A stretch of DNA of 64,000 nucleotides, from positions 125,753 to 189,752 of the forward strand of contig JAKQPK010000013.1 in the NCBI GenBank assembly GCA_029564765.1. The letters are read 5' to 3'. The stretch comes from Candidatus Omnitrophota bacterium. GTDB lineage: Bacteria > Omnitrophota > Gorgyraeia > Zapsychrales > Aceulaceae. A model generated the notes under the pieces. It saw only the letters and a list, made by a program, of their open reading frames with translations. It made no database searches and was not told where the DNA came from. The position numbers and the translations under genes were made by a program. Of the stretch, positions 28,899 to 38,970 are shown piece by piece (within the stretch, counting starts at the first letter, position 1; each line of letters begins with the position of its first letter).

Positions 28899-29432
28899 AT
28901 GAGAATAATGAAAATAGTGGCGGGTGTTGTCGTTGGGGTCCTTGTCGCGTCTGGGATCGCTTTTGCCCAGCAGAATGAAAAAGGGGGCGCATTTTCTAAG
29001 AAAGATTTTAAGGAGGCTATGCGCGAAAAGCTTGGCATCACGCAAGAACAGCATCAGCAACTGGAGTCCAATCGTCAACTTCAGGAAGAAACTGTTAAGG
29101 GCTTACGCGAAGCTATAAAACAGCAGCGCGGCAAACTGCAGCAGGCCTTAAAGGATCCGCAAGCTACCCGTGAGAGCGTGGAGCCCATCGTTGCTCAGAT
29201 GAAAGCGCTCCAGGGGCAGTTGATCGAACAGCGCGTGGATGCAATTTTTACAGCTAAGACGATCCTGACGCCGGAACAATTCGCGCAGTTCAACGAAATG
29301 GCTGGAAAACATTCAGCAGCAGAGAAGGGAAGAATGCGCGAAAGATCAAAACAGCGCAAAGGAACGTGGCTCATGAAGGGCGATGACGATCTTTTTGGTG
29401 GGCCGCCGTTTCCACCGCCACAGGAGGAATAA
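28899..29432 (+). CDS. periplasmic Spy/CpxP-family (LTXXQ) envelope-stress protein
   Basis: An RBS 'AAGGAGG' sits 6 nt before the ATG at 28899. A signal peptide is present. Two LTXXQ-like motifs occur ('ITQEQHQQL', 'LTPEQFAQF'). The earlier ATG at 28800 lacks an RBS. Confidence 0.6.
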   Translation: MRIMKIVAGVVVGVLVASGIAFAQQNEKGGAFSKKDFKEAMREKLGITQEQHQQLESNRQLQEETVKGLREAIKQQRGKLQQALKDPQATRESVEPIVAQMKALQGQLIEQRVDAIFTAKTILTPEQFAQFNEMAGKHSAAEKGRMRERSKQRKGTWLMKGDDDLFGGPPFPPPQEE

Positions 29433-29473
29433 ATTCGATCAAGGGATATTGCAGGGGATCGTGCAGAAAAGAA

Positions 29474-29507
29474 AGGCCAAGGAGAGTTGTTCTCCTTGGC
29501 CTTTTTA
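29474..29507. terminator. bidirectional Rho-independent terminator between convergent genes
   Basis: 12-bp stem 'AGGCCAAGGAGA'/'TCTCCTTGGCCT', followed by TTTTT. The reverse strand also carries a weak T-run. Confidence 0.6.
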
Positions 29508-29516
29508 AAGACGGAT

Positions 29517-30473
29517 CTATACGCCCAGCAGGGCTCTTAAGGTCGTTCGGGCGGTATCCATGATACCGTTGGACTTTGTGAAAAGATGATCGTATTCGTT
29601 GCTAAAGACAATATATTGCTTTTCAAATTCTTTATCGTTGAGGTTATCCATTTTCTTAGGCTGTTTGATCTCTCGCCAGAGCAATGATAACATCCGTTCG
29701 ATCCGCTCGATCTGGTCGATACAGCTTCGGTAATTTCTGAACGATTTGTTATCGGACAGGGTTCCCAAAAGAGGCGTGGCGATATTGTACCGCCATTTGG
29801 CCTCATCATAATTCCAGCTTTTAATAAGAAAATTTAATGTTTGCTCATAAGCAAAGTTTCGATGATTGATGATCAGATCGCGCAGGACAGATGTCTTGAT
29901 GTTCAAGAATTCTGACCTTGGCCTGTTCAGAGGTAACGATTTAATGCTCTTCGATATTTCCGGGAACCAGTTAGCCAGAAGAGAATATGTCCCGTACGTG
30001 TCAACCAAACTTTTAGCGCTATATTGATCACCGGTACGAAAATCCCCGATCGCGATATCCGCTTCCGAGGTTTCGATAAAACTGCTGAGATTCTCGTAAA
30101 AGTCCGTGTCTTCTTCCACAAAGTCAATATCGCCAGGTATCTGAACGATCCTTTCAACGTTGGGGTGATTATCTAGGATGTGCCCCCACCCCGCGAGCCA
30201 TGTCTGGCATGTATCCACGGACCATGTCTGCAGGATCTCGAGATTTCCACATCGTTCATCTTTTAGGAAAGACGCGGCATGCTGGCGGATAATAGTATCT
30301 CTGGGCAGGACAACGATCGGTTTTGGGTCGATCTCTTTGCACTTATCGATGGTCCACCAGAAATACCATTCACACTTTTTATTGTTCTCATACCCCAGAT
30401 AGGGGAAGATGATCAATGGTTTTGCGTTCATATGTTTTGAGTTAGTCTTTTTAACCATGCTGTTATCGATCAA
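29517..30473 (-). CDS. hypothetical cytoplasmic protein, co-transcribed with a glycoside transporter
   Basis: 318 aa with no motif I can place. It is Trp/Asp-rich ('WYFWWTIDKC', 'IPGDIDFVEEDTDFYENL') and starts 6 nt after the GPH transporter stop. Confidence 0.3.
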   Translation of the reverse strand: MIDNSMVKKTNSKHMNAKPLIIFPYLGYENNKKCEWYFWWTIDKCKEIDPKPIVVLPRDTIIRQHAASFLKDERCGNLEILQTWSVDTCQTWLAGWGHILDNHPNVERIVQIPGDIDFVEEDTDFYENLSSFIETSEADIAIGDFRTGDQYSAKSLVDTYGTYSLLANWFPEISKSIKSLPLNRPRSEFLNIKTSVLRDLIINHRNFAYEQTLNFLIKSWNYDEAKWRYNIATPLLGTLSDNKSFRNYRSCIDQIERIERMLSLLWREIKQPKKMDNLNDKEFEKQYIVFSNEYDHLFTKSNGIMDTARTTLRALLGV

Positions 30474-30478
30474 TGGTT

Positions 30479-31933
30479 TTAAGCCTTTCCTCTGCGTTGT
30501 TCAAGCTGCTTGCGAATATCATACGCCTTTTCTTCAGAGATTTCAAATCGCATGATAATAAAGATCGCCACGAGCGATGTGACGATCGGAATGCCAACAT
30601 CGCAAACCCTCATCCAGAATAAAGCGTTGACCGACTGCCCAAGCCCTAGAGATTCTTTGAATCCTATAACATTGAACATGACCCCTGCAATCAGCGAGGC
30701 GAGCGCCACGCCCAATTTGACCATCCACCAGTAGACGGCGCTAAACGTCCCTTCACGTCGTTCGCCGGTATTGAGCTCATCCAGATCGCAGACATCGGCG
30801 ACCATGGAATTCATCAAGGTAAAAAGCGAACCTAAGCCGAAGGTGACAAAAGGAGCCGCGATGAATAGTAGATAAGGATTGTTCGGGTTGTATCCGATCC
30901 ATTTTAAGGCATAACCGATGATCGAAAGAGGAATGGTAATAAAGAAAGTATTACGCTTTCCTATGCGAGCAGAGAAACGAGCGGTTAGATAAATAACACC
31001 CATACTGCATAGCGCGCTAAATGACCCATACCACCCCAGCAATGTTCCACCTTTGGAATAGGCTTCGCCAATAGAGGCAGCCCCCTGATAAACATAAAAG
31101 AAAACAATGTACGCGGTAAAAGAGGACGCCAGCATAAAGCCGCCAAAGATCAGCAAAGTCGCTAGGCACAATTTGACGAACGGCCAGCATTGCAAGGCGA
31201 TACCTACGCCCTTGAAAAATTTTTTCATGACATTTAAGGCACCGCCGACATCAGGTTTTGGCAGTTTACCAAAATGTTCTTTGTTAAAAAGAGCTGGGAA
31301 AACACCTCCAAAGATCAAGCAGGCCCCAATAATGATCGCCAGAACGCGCACACCATGCACGCCATCTTTAAACCACGCGGCATTATGCATGATTGGCCAG
31401 CTCCAGGGAGCGATGAACCATGGCAGCTGCCCGACAAAACTGCTGGCCGCCTGCAGACGGGTGCGTTCATGATAATCAGGCGTCATTTCATATCCCAGCG
31501 CGATCCACGGAATAGAGAAGCACGTAAAGCAAATAAAGAATAAAAGCTGGAAGGATAGAAAATAAGTAAAATAGAACATTTCGCTATGCCCTTTGTGAAG
31601 CTGGAACATCAGGGCAAAGAGGATGCCTCCGGTGATCGCGCCAAACAAGATCAAAGGCCTGCGGCGGCCCCAAGGAGTCCTTAGATTATCAGAAAAATAG
31701 CCTGTGACTGGGTCTGATACCGCGTCAAAGATGCGGGGAAGAAATCCGATAAAGCCGACCAGGGCAGGGTTGATCCCAAGCCCAAGGTTCAAGATCATGA
31801 CCATTTGTCCCGCGAATGCGGATTGAGCAGTGTTGGCAAAAGCTCCCATGCTATAGGCGGCTTTCTGGAAGAACGAGATACGGTCTTCCTTCGCGGTGAC
31901 ATGGTGCGCTGCCTGGTGAGCTGCATTTCCCAT
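30479..31933 (-). CDS. MFS transporter of the glycoside-pentoside-hexuronide:cation symporter (GPH/MelB-like) family
   Basis: It carries the GPH signature 'D..SD..G..SD....PWGRRRP' in loop 2-3 and 12 predicted TM helices. Confidence 0.75.
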   Translation of the reverse strand: MGNAAHQAAHHVTAKEDRISFFQKAAYSMGAFANTAQSAFAGQMVMILNLGLGINPALVGFIGFLPRIFDAVSDPVTGYFSDNLRTPWGRRRPLILFGAITGGILFALMFQLHKGHSEMFYFTYFLSFQLLFFICFTCFSIPWIALGYEMTPDYHERTRLQAASSFVGQLPWFIAPWSWPIMHNAAWFKDGVHGVRVLAIIIGACLIFGGVFPALFNKEHFGKLPKPDVGGALNVMKKFFKGVGIALQCWPFVKLCLATLLIFGGFMLASSFTAYIVFFYVYQGAASIGEAYSKGGTLLGWYGSFSALCSMGVIYLTARFSARIGKRNTFFITIPLSIIGYALKWIGYNPNNPYLLFIAAPFVTFGLGSLFTLMNSMVADVCDLDELNTGERREGTFSAVYWWMVKLGVALASLIAGVMFNVIGFKESLGLGQSVNALFWMRVCDVGIPIVTSLVAIFIIMRFEISEEKAYDIRKQLEQRRGKA

Positions 31934-32218
31934 CCATTACCTCTTTTCTGTTTAAGATGAATACGATATTGATCCTGTGCGGCAAATAAGTTTTGATTAT
32001 AACAAACTAATTTCACGCGCACAACCAATTTATCACAAAGCGTGTAAGGCCGTAGGTGATAGGCTCTTACCGTGAAAAAAGACTTCCAATATATATATAT
32101 TGATATAAAATATATAAATATTTTATAAATCGTTCCATGTCTTTAGCCCCTTAGGCTAAGAAGTGGTATTAGCGATAAACAGATCAAAGAAAGCCCTTGA
32201 ACATTTAACGAGAGACCT

Positions 32219-34690
32219 ATGAGCTACGATATCAACGAGATAAAGAAAATTGAATCTAAATGGCAAAAGGCCTGGAAAGACAATAAGACCTTTAGCGCCA
32301 CAAACGACACCTCCAAGCCTAAATATTATTGTTTAGAGATGTTCCCGTATCCATCGGGCAAGATCCATATGGGTCATGTACGCAATTACACGATCGCCGA
32401 TGTCATTGCCCGCATGAAGAAAATGCAAGGCTTTAATGTCTTGCACCCTATTGGCTATGATGCCTTTGGCCAGCCGGCCGAGAATGCCGCCATCAAGCAT
32501 AAGACCGATCCTGCCAAGTGGACCTATCGCTGTATCAGCGAAATGCATGAAGGTTTTGAAAAAATGGGATTTTCCTATGATTGGGATAGAGAGATCGCCA
32601 CTTGCGATAAGGCCTATTACAAATGGAATCAATGGATATTCTTAAAGATGATGGAAAAAGGCCTTGCGTACAAAAAGGCTTCCGCTGTTAACTGGTGTCC
32701 AAGCTGTGAAACAACGCTTGCCAACGAAGAAGTCATTAATGGCGGATGTTGGCGTTGTAAATCAGAAGTTGTGCAAAAAGATCTCGATCAGTGGTACTTG
32801 AAGATCACGCATTACAGCGAAAAACTTTTGGAAGACCTTGATACATTAAAAGAATGGCCTTCACGTGTTGTTGCAATGCAAAAGAATTGGATCGGCAAAA
32901 GTCTGGGCGTAGAGATTTTCTTTAAAGTGGAAAAGACCGGTGAGACTCTGCCGGTTTTCACGACACGCCAGGACACGATCTTCGGGGCGACCTATGTCGT
33001 TTTAGCGCCGGAGCATCCTCTGGTTGCCAAGCTTGTTAAAGGTACTCCTAAAGAAAAAGAAGTTTTTGATTTTATTAAAAAGATCAGTCTTGTCAGTAAA
33101 GCTGACCGTGTGGCCGAAGGCTTGAAAAAAGAAGGGATCTTTACCGGGCTTTACGCGATCAATCCGGTCAATAATGAACACATTCCGATCTGGATCGCGG
33201 ATTATGTTTTGATGGAATATGGCACTGGGGCTATCATGGCTGTCCCGACGCATGACCAGCGTGATTTTCTTTTTGCCAAAGAGCACGGATTGCCGATGCG
33301 TATTGTTATTCAAGACCCTAAGCGGCCTAATATCGCTTCAGAAGGCCTGACAGAAGCCTATACAGCTGAAGGCGCGCTTGTCAATAGCGCGCGATTTAAC
33401 GGCATGAACAATGTCGAGTCGTTGCAAAAAATTGCCGAATGGATGGAGCAAGAAAAAATCGGCAAAGCTGTGACACATTGGCGTTTGCGTGATTGGCTTA
33501 TCTCCCGTCAGCGGTATTGGGGAACGCCGATTCCTGTTGTTTATTGCGATGCCTGCGGTATTGTTCCTGTGCCGGAAAAAGACCTGCCGGTTGTCTTGCC
33601 AGAAGATATCAAGATCACGGGTGAAGGCGGAAGTCCTTTGGCTAAGAGTGAGAAGTTCGTTCATGTTAAGTGTCCTAAGTGCGGTAAGCCAGCCCATCGC
33701 GAGACCGACACCATGGCGACATTCTTTGATTCCTCTTGGTATTTTTTGCGTTATACGGACGCGCACAACGACAAAGAGATATTTAACAAGGCGTTGGCCA
33801 AATATTGGATGCCGGTAGATCAATACATTGGCGGTATTGAGCATGCGATCTTGCATCTTTTGTACTCTCGTTTCTTCACGAAATTCTTTAAAGATCTTGG
33901 TCTTATCAATTTCGATGAGCCTTTTACGCGATTGCTCACTCAAGGCATGGTCTTAAAAGACGGCGAGGTCATGAGCAAGTCCAAGGGCAACACCGTTGAT
34001 CCTGATGCCGTGATCAGCAAATACGGTGCGGATACGCTGCGGCTTTTTATTTTGTTTGCCGCACCTCCTGAAGATCAGCTGGAGTGGAACGACGGCGCGA
34101 TTGATGGTTCATGGAGATTTTTAGCCCGCGTTTGGAGTTTAATTGAAAATGGTTATGTTAAGGGCGCCCTGTCGGGCGCCCCAGATAACAGTTCAAAAGC
34201 CCTTGAACGTGAACGCCACATCGCTATCAAAAAGTTTACCGAAGACATTGAGCGCGGATTTAAATTTAACACCTCTATCAGTAGTCTTATGGTTTTCCTC
34301 AACAAGCTTGAGCAATATGTGAAGGAGAAAAAAGACAACGTTGATCAGCCGACGTTAAACAAAAGCCTTGAGACCCTGGTGCTGCTGTTGTCTGTCATGA
34401 CGCCTTTTATGTGCGAAGAGATGTGGCAGAAGATGGGTCATAAAGATAAGAGTATTAGTGATGTGCCATGGCCTCAAGTAGATGAAAAAGCTCTACAGCT
34501 TGAGAATGCCTCGATCGTTGTCCAGATCAATGGCAAGCTGCGCGGTAAATTCGATGTGCCGCTTGATTGCCCTGAAGATAAGCTTAGAGAAATTATTTTT
34601 GCCGATGAGAAGATCAAAACACACCTTGCCGGCAAGGACATCAAGCGTTTCATCGTTGTTGCGAACAAGATCGTGAATATTGTGGCGTGA
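32219..34690 (+). CDS. leuS: leucyl-tRNA synthetase
   Basis: HIGH motif '[15 protein letters not shown]' and KMSKS motif 'VMSKSKGN'. Length is 823 aa. Confidence 0.95.
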   Translation: MSYDINEIKKIESKWQKAWKDNKTFSATNDTSKPKYYCLEMFPYPSGKIHMGHVRNYTIADVIARMKKMQGFNVLHPIGYDAFGQPAENAAIKHKTDPAKWTYRCISEMHEGFEKMGFSYDWDREIATCDKAYYKWNQWIFLKMMEKGLAYKKASAVNWCPSCETTLANEEVINGGCWRCKSEVVQKDLDQWYLKITHYSEKLLEDLDTLKEWPSRVVAMQKNWIGKSLGVEIFFKVEKTGETLPVFTTRQDTIFGATYVVLAPEHPLVAKLVKGTPKEKEVFDFIKKISLVSKADRVAEGLKKEGIFTGLYAINPVNNEHIPIWIADYVLMEYGTGAIMAVPTHDQRDFLFAKEHGLPMRIVIQDPKRPNIASEGLTEAYTAEGALVNSARFNGMNNVESLQKIAEWMEQEKIGKAVTHWRLRDWLISRQRYWGTPIPVVYCDACGIVPVPEKDLPVVLPEDIKITGEGGSPLAKSEKFVHVKCPKCGKPAHRETDTMATFFDSSWYFLRYTDAHNDKEIFNKALAKYWMPVDQYIGGIEHAILHLLYSRFFTKFFKDLGLINFDEPFTRLLTQGMVLKDGEVMSKSKGNTVDPDAVISKYGADTLRLFILFAAPPEDQLEWNDGAIDGSWRFLARVWSLIENGYVKGALSGAPDNSSKALERERHIAIKKFTEDIERGFKFNTSISSLMVFLNKLEQYVKEKKDNVDQPTLNKSLETLVLLLSVMTPFMCEEMWQKMGHKDKSISDVPWPQVDEKALQLENASIVVQINGKLRGKFDVPLDCPEDKLREIIFADEKIKTHLAGKDIKRFIVVANKIVNIVA

Positions 34691-34707
34691 TCAAGAAAGC
34701 CCCGCGG
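34644..34707 (+). repeat. direct repeat copy 1 (last 47 nt of leuS plus 17 nt downstream)
   Basis: It matches 61 of 64 nt with the repeat at 35234-35297. Patchy similarity continues for about 60 nt further ('CTGGGGTAAATTC' is shared). Confidence 0.85.
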
Positions 34708-34818
34708 TTATTTGTCTGCCTTTTGGCAGGAAAGTAGTCTGGGGTAAATTCAGCCAGATAGCTTAGGAAGCGCTGGCGCTTCGTAAGCTATGGTTTTTTA
34801 AAAGGATCGAGGAGAAGC

Positions 34819-35235
34819 ATGTCAACATTTCTTTGGGAGCCCAGTTTTGAAGTTAATATTAAGATTATTGATGAGCAACATAAGAAATTAGTGGAAACCG
34901 TTAACATCCTTTATGATTCGATCGTTTCAGGCGAAAGCTCAAAAGTTTTATTTACCATTTTTGAGCGTATGGTGGAATACGTAACGTTTCATTTTGAAAC
35001 TGAAGAAGAGCTAATGGTTAGGCTAAGCTTTCCAGGCTTCCAAGAACACAAGCATGAGCACGAGGAATGCACAAAAAAAGTTCTAGAATTTAAACATAAA
35101 TTCGAGAATGGAGAAAAAACGATCTCCATTGAATTAATTTCTTTTTTAGTTGATTGGATTCACCACCACCTTTTGTGTGTAGATATGAAGTACGCTGCAT
35201 TTTTTAAAGAAAAAGGAATTACTCCAAGAGCGTAG
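34819..35235 (+). CDS. bacteriohemerythrin-like protein
   Basis: 'WEPSFEVNIKIIDEQHKKLVETVN' is present. The His/Glu ligand pattern (H..HF..EE, HEHEEC, H.HL) matches hemerythrin four-helix-bundle iron ligands. An RBS 'GGAGAAG' precedes the ATG. Confidence 0.75.
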   Translation: MSTFLWEPSFEVNIKIIDEQHKKLVETVNILYDSIVSGESSKVLFTIFERMVEYVTFHFETEEELMVRLSFPGFQEHKHEHEECTKKVLEFKHKFENGEKTISIELISFLVDWIHHHLLCVDMKYAAFFKEKGITPRA

Positions 35236-35297
35236 CGTTTCATCGTCGTTGCGAACAAGATCGTGAATATTGTGGCGTGATCAAGGAAGCCCCGTGG
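35234..35297 (+). repeat. direct repeat copy 2 (pseudo-3'-end of leuS immediately after the hemerythrin stop)
   Basis: See copy 1. In frame it would encode '...[14 protein letters not shown]'. Confidence 0.85.
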
Positions 35298-35372
35298 TCG
35301 CTGGCGTTCCCTGGGGTAAATTCGCTCAGCAAACTTATGTTCGCTGACGCTCCATAAGATTGGACCTCATTT

Positions 35373-36659
35373 ATGAAATTTATCGCTGATCTCCACATCC
35401 ACTCTAAATACTCCCGCGCGACGAGCAAAGACCTCACTCCTGAACAACTATATTTCTGGGCGCAACTCAAAGGCATAACCGTCGTTGGCACAGGGGATTT
35501 TTTGCATCCGGGTTGGCTAAAAGAATTAAAGACAAAGCTTGAGCCGGCAGAAGAAGGGCTTTTTCAGCTCAAAAAAGAATACGCAAGCGAGATAGATATG
35601 CAGGTCCCGGCTTCTTGCAAAGCTCCCGTGCGTTTTATTTTAAGCGCAGAAGTCGCCAATATTTATAAACGTTTAGATAAGGTGCGCAAAGTTCATAATG
35701 TTATTTTCGCGCCCAGCTTTGATGTCGCGCAGAATTTACAAAAACGTATTGAAAAGATTGGCAACATCCGCTCTGACGGACGTCCTATTTTAGGATTAGA
35801 TTCGCGAGATCTCTTGGAAATTACCCTCGAATCACATCCGCAATCTTTTTTAGTGCCGGCACACATTTGGACACCGTGGTTTTCCATGCTTGGCTCCAAA
35901 GGGGGTTTTGATAAGATGGAAGATTGCTATGGAGATCTCACGAAATATATTTTCGCGTTGGAAACAGGACTTTCATCAGACCCTCTGATGAATTGGCGCC
36001 TAAGCCAGCTGGACCAATGTGTCTTGATTTCAAATTCTGATGCGCATTCAGCGCCCAAGCTTGGCCGCGAAGCGAATATTTTTGACACAGAACTATCGTA
36101 TGCGGGGATCTTTCTAGGCTTATCCCAAGATAGCAACAAAGGATTCTTAGGCACGATCGAATTTTTTCCTGAGGAAGGGAAGTATCATTACGATGGCCAT
36201 CGGGATTGCGATGTGTGTTTAACTCCCAAAGAAACAATTAAAAATAAAGGGCTGTGCCCTAAATGCGGTAAGCCTGTGACGGTGGGGGTCATGGCGCGGG
36301 TGGAAGAACTGGCGGATCGCCCTGAAGGCCAGAAGGGTGCGCGCTCGCGTCCTTATAAGAGTTTGATCCAGCTTGAAACAATTATTGCCGAAGGCAAGGG
36401 CGTCGGGCCGGCATCCAAGCCTGTTCAGGAACTTTTTTACCGCATGCTGTCAAAGATAGGCAATGAACTCAGTATTTTAAATGAGGTTCCTTTAGAGGCA
36501 ATTAAAAAAACTGGTGGCGCGCTTTTGGCCGAAGGTATTTCTCGCATGCGCCAAGGCAAAGTTTCCATCGCTCCCGGTTATGATGGCGAGTACGGCGTGA
36601 TCAGTTTGTTTTCTGATAAAGAGCGAGCGACAAAAAAAGAACAGCTGACGTTGTTTTAA
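35373..36659 (+). CDS. PHP-domain protein of the endonuclease Q (EndoQ / TIGR00375-like) family
   Basis: The N-terminal 'MKFIADLHIHSKYSRATSKDLTPEQL...KGITVVGTGDFLHP' matches the PHP metal-binding start of EndoQ. The C-terminal 'CPKCGKPVTVG' is the EndoQ zinc-finger. Confidence 0.65.
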   Translation: MKFIADLHIHSKYSRATSKDLTPEQLYFWAQLKGITVVGTGDFLHPGWLKELKTKLEPAEEGLFQLKKEYASEIDMQVPASCKAPVRFILSAEVANIYKRLDKVRKVHNVIFAPSFDVAQNLQKRIEKIGNIRSDGRPILGLDSRDLLEITLESHPQSFLVPAHIWTPWFSMLGSKGGFDKMEDCYGDLTKYIFALETGLSSDPLMNWRLSQLDQCVLISNSDAHSAPKLGREANIFDTELSYAGIFLGLSQDSNKGFLGTIEFFPEEGKYHYDGHRDCDVCLTPKETIKNKGLCPKCGKPVTVGVMARVEELADRPEGQKGARSRPYKSLIQLETIIAEGKGVGPASKPVQELFYRMLSKIGNELSILNEVPLEAIKKTGGALLAEGISRMRQGKVSIAPGYDGEYGVISLFSDKERATKKEQLTLF

Positions 36660-36951
36660 ATGTAGTTGTCTGAGGGCATGTTAGCATTATCCTTCGCTCA
36701 GACAACCTTCGTCGTCATTTTTCTAAGAAATTAAGAAAAGTAGACGACTATGGAAACTCCCGAGAGGACAAAGTTAGTATGCCTTTTAATGCAGACAGCA
36801 ACAAAGAGATTGCGTTGATTCAAGAAGGCAAGTGTTCCAAGAAAAGACTGGGCAAGCTCACAGGCAGTTGCGAAAAGATTTCTATTGTGTTTTTTGCGAT
36901 TCTTGATATTTTTAAGGCGTTCTTTTGAGCCAGAGCAAGCGAGAGTGATAT

Positions 36952-38631
36952 ATGCAGCGACCGATTGATGTTAATGCCACGCAGTGGCAAGCCGTAACCC
37001 ATACGGCGCAAAACCTTCTGATCGTTGCCGGCCCCGGCACAGGAAAAACCCACACCCTTATTTATCGTATTCTTTACGCGTTCGAAAGCCTTTCTGACGA
37101 TAAAAGAATTCTCGCTGTCACTTTCACTAATAAATCCGCGCAAGAAATGCGTACACGCCTTGCTCGCTATTTGCCATCATCCGCCCAACGCGTGGATGTT
37201 GGGACATTCCATAGTTTTTGCCTATCTCTGTTGCGTGAACATACCCGCAAAGCAAAGCTGCCCGAAGGTTTTCGTGTGGCTGGACGAAATGAAACGGTCC
37301 AGATCGCTAAGAAAATATGGCGAGGCAAGAAGGTAAAAGAAATTGAGGAGATCCTTAAAAGTATATCTTGGCAAAAGAATACGCAAGAAGGCGAGATGTC
37401 TTCGCGCGCGGTTACTTTGTGGGAGGCGATGCGGCAAGAAAAGCTTTTGGACTTTGACGATATTCTCTTTGATGCCGTTCAGTTGTTGCGTGATAACGGT
37501 GAGATTCGAGCGCAAATGCAAGCACAATACAGTTGTATTTGTGTTGATGAATATCAAGATATCAATTTTATCCAACATCAATTGCTCAAGTTTTTGAAAG
37601 GGTCTCAATGCGCTTTGACTGCGATCGGGGATCCGCGGCAAGCCATTTATGGATTTCGAGGAAGCGATGTCAAATTTTTTCACTCGTTCACTGAGGATTT
37701 CGCGCCCGCGCGAACCTTATCGCTATCTGATAATTATCGCGCCAGTGAAAACCTGCTGAAAGCCGCTGGCCAGGTCATTGAACGATCGAGTACCGTAAAT
37801 TTTACTCCGCTTGTCGCGCGTATCCATGCCCAGGGGCGTCTGACCGTCTATCAAGCTGCGAGCGAGCGGGCTGAAGCGGAATATATTGTCCACGAGATCG
37901 AAAAATTGATCGGAGGCACGAGCTTTTTTTCGAAAGATTCTAAGCGTGTTGGCGTGTGCGAGGCAGAAGGTTTTACTTTCGCGGATACCGCGATCCTCTG
38001 CCGATTAAAGAGCCAGCAGCGCGTGATCATCGAAGCCTTGGAGCGAAGCGGTATCCCTTATCAGGTTTGCGGCGCGCGGCCTTTATTCGAAGAGCCTGAG
38101 ATCGCGGATATGATCGAAGCTCTTTGCGCGATGTCAGAGCAACCCCTAGAAAAAATTACGCAGTATCTTTCTATCCGCAAGAACGACAGCAAAGCTTACG
38201 CACGCTTGGTCGAGCTTGCGCAAGGCGCGGCCGATACTCCGCAATTCCTTTCCGAGATATTCCTGCAGCGTGAGGATGATAACTATGAGGTGAAAGCCGA
38301 GAAGGTATCTGTTCTGACGATGCACGCGGCCAAGGGGCTGGAGTTTGCCGTCGTGTTTATCGCGGGCTGCGAAGAGAACATTATCCCTTTAAGCCAAGAT
38401 CTTGCTGGCCTTGAAGAGGAGAGGCGCTTATTCTATGTCGCTATGACGCGCGCGAAAACTCTGTTGTATCTGACGCGTACTGCTCAACGACTGCGCCATG
38501 GTAAAATTCGGGCCGCGCAAACCTCGCGTTTCTTGGCGGACATTGAAGACCAGCTAAAAGACCTGCAGCAGAGGCCAGCACGTAAGCCCACAGACAAACA
38601 CAGCCAATTAGACTTTTTTGGGAAGCGATGA
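36952..38631 (+). CDS. short UvrD/Rep-type superfamily 1 DNA helicase (559 aa)
   Basis: Walker A 'AGPGTGKTHTL', motif II 'CVDEYQD', 'GDPRQAIYGFRGS' and 'LTMHAAKGLEF...YVAMTRAK' are all SF1 UvrD-family motifs. It is shorter than canonical UvrD/PcrA. Confidence 0.7.
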   Translation: MQRPIDVNATQWQAVTHTAQNLLIVAGPGTGKTHTLIYRILYAFESLSDDKRILAVTFTNKSAQEMRTRLARYLPSSAQRVDVGTFHSFCLSLLREHTRKAKLPEGFRVAGRNETVQIAKKIWRGKKVKEIEEILKSISWQKNTQEGEMSSRAVTLWEAMRQEKLLDFDDILFDAVQLLRDNGEIRAQMQAQYSCICVDEYQDINFIQHQLLKFLKGSQCALTAIGDPRQAIYGFRGSDVKFFHSFTEDFAPARTLSLSDNYRASENLLKAAGQVIERSSTVNFTPLVARIHAQGRLTVYQAASERAEAEYIVHEIEKLIGGTSFFSKDSKRVGVCEAEGFTFADTAILCRLKSQQRVIIEALERSGIPYQVCGARPLFEEPEIADMIEALCAMSEQPLEKITQYLSIRKNDSKAYARLVELAQGAADTPQFLSEIFLQREDDNYEVKAEKVSVLTMHAAKGLEFAVVFIAGCEENIIPLSQDLAGLEEERRLFYVAMTRAKTLLYLTRTAQRLRHGKIRAAQTSRFLADIEDQLKDLQQRPARKPTDKHSQLDFFGKR

Positions 38632-38969
38632 TCGTTTTAACGCGTAAAGAACGTTTGGTCCTTGTTGTTTTGAGCGTGTCGATCGCGGCAGGGTCTTTGG
38701 CCAGATACCTTTTTAGATCTTTTCCTGCTAGTCAAAAGATCTTTAATGTTGCTAATGATTATCATGAGCACTTGAGGCTTGATGTCAACCGCGCCAGCGT
38801 TGATGATCTGAAGGCGATCCCGTATTTAGGCGAACAACTTGCCAGGCGCATCATCGCTTATCGTCAACAAAAAGGACACATTCAGGGCCTTAATGAGCTG
38901 AGCACGATCAAAGGCGTTGGCACTTTTAAATGGCAGATCATCAAAAAACATCTCATGGTCCGTCCCTGA
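38628..38969 (+). CDS. comEA: ComEA-type helix-hairpin-helix DNA-binding competence protein
   Basis: 'LDVNRASVDDLKAIPYLGEQLARRIIAYRQQKGHIQGLNELSTIKGVG' is the ComEA tandem HhH motif. An N-terminal TM anchor is present. It overlaps the helicase stop (ATGA). Confidence 0.75.
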   Translation: MIVLTRKERLVLVVLSVSIAAGSLARYLFRSFPASQKIFNVANDYHEHLRLDVNRASVDDLKAIPYLGEQLARRIIAYRQQKGHIQGLNELSTIKGVGTFKWQIIKKHLMVRP

Positions 38970-38970
38970 T

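Noticed and set aside
32088-32135. (TA)n-rich low-complexity tract 'ATATATATATATTGATATAAAATATATAAATATTTTATAAA' upstream of leuS
   Set aside because: It is a simple AT-rich promoter-region composition. It has too few units to be a meaningful microsatellite and shows no clear -35/-10 pair.
31934-32218. Possible T-box leader upstream of leuS
   Set aside because: No specifier-loop/T-box 'AGGGUGGNACCGCG'-like sequence or antiterminator structure is evident.
33338-33943. 201-aa minus-strand ORF inside leuS
   Set aside because: Antisense to leuS, which carries HIGH and KMSKS motifs in the forward frame.
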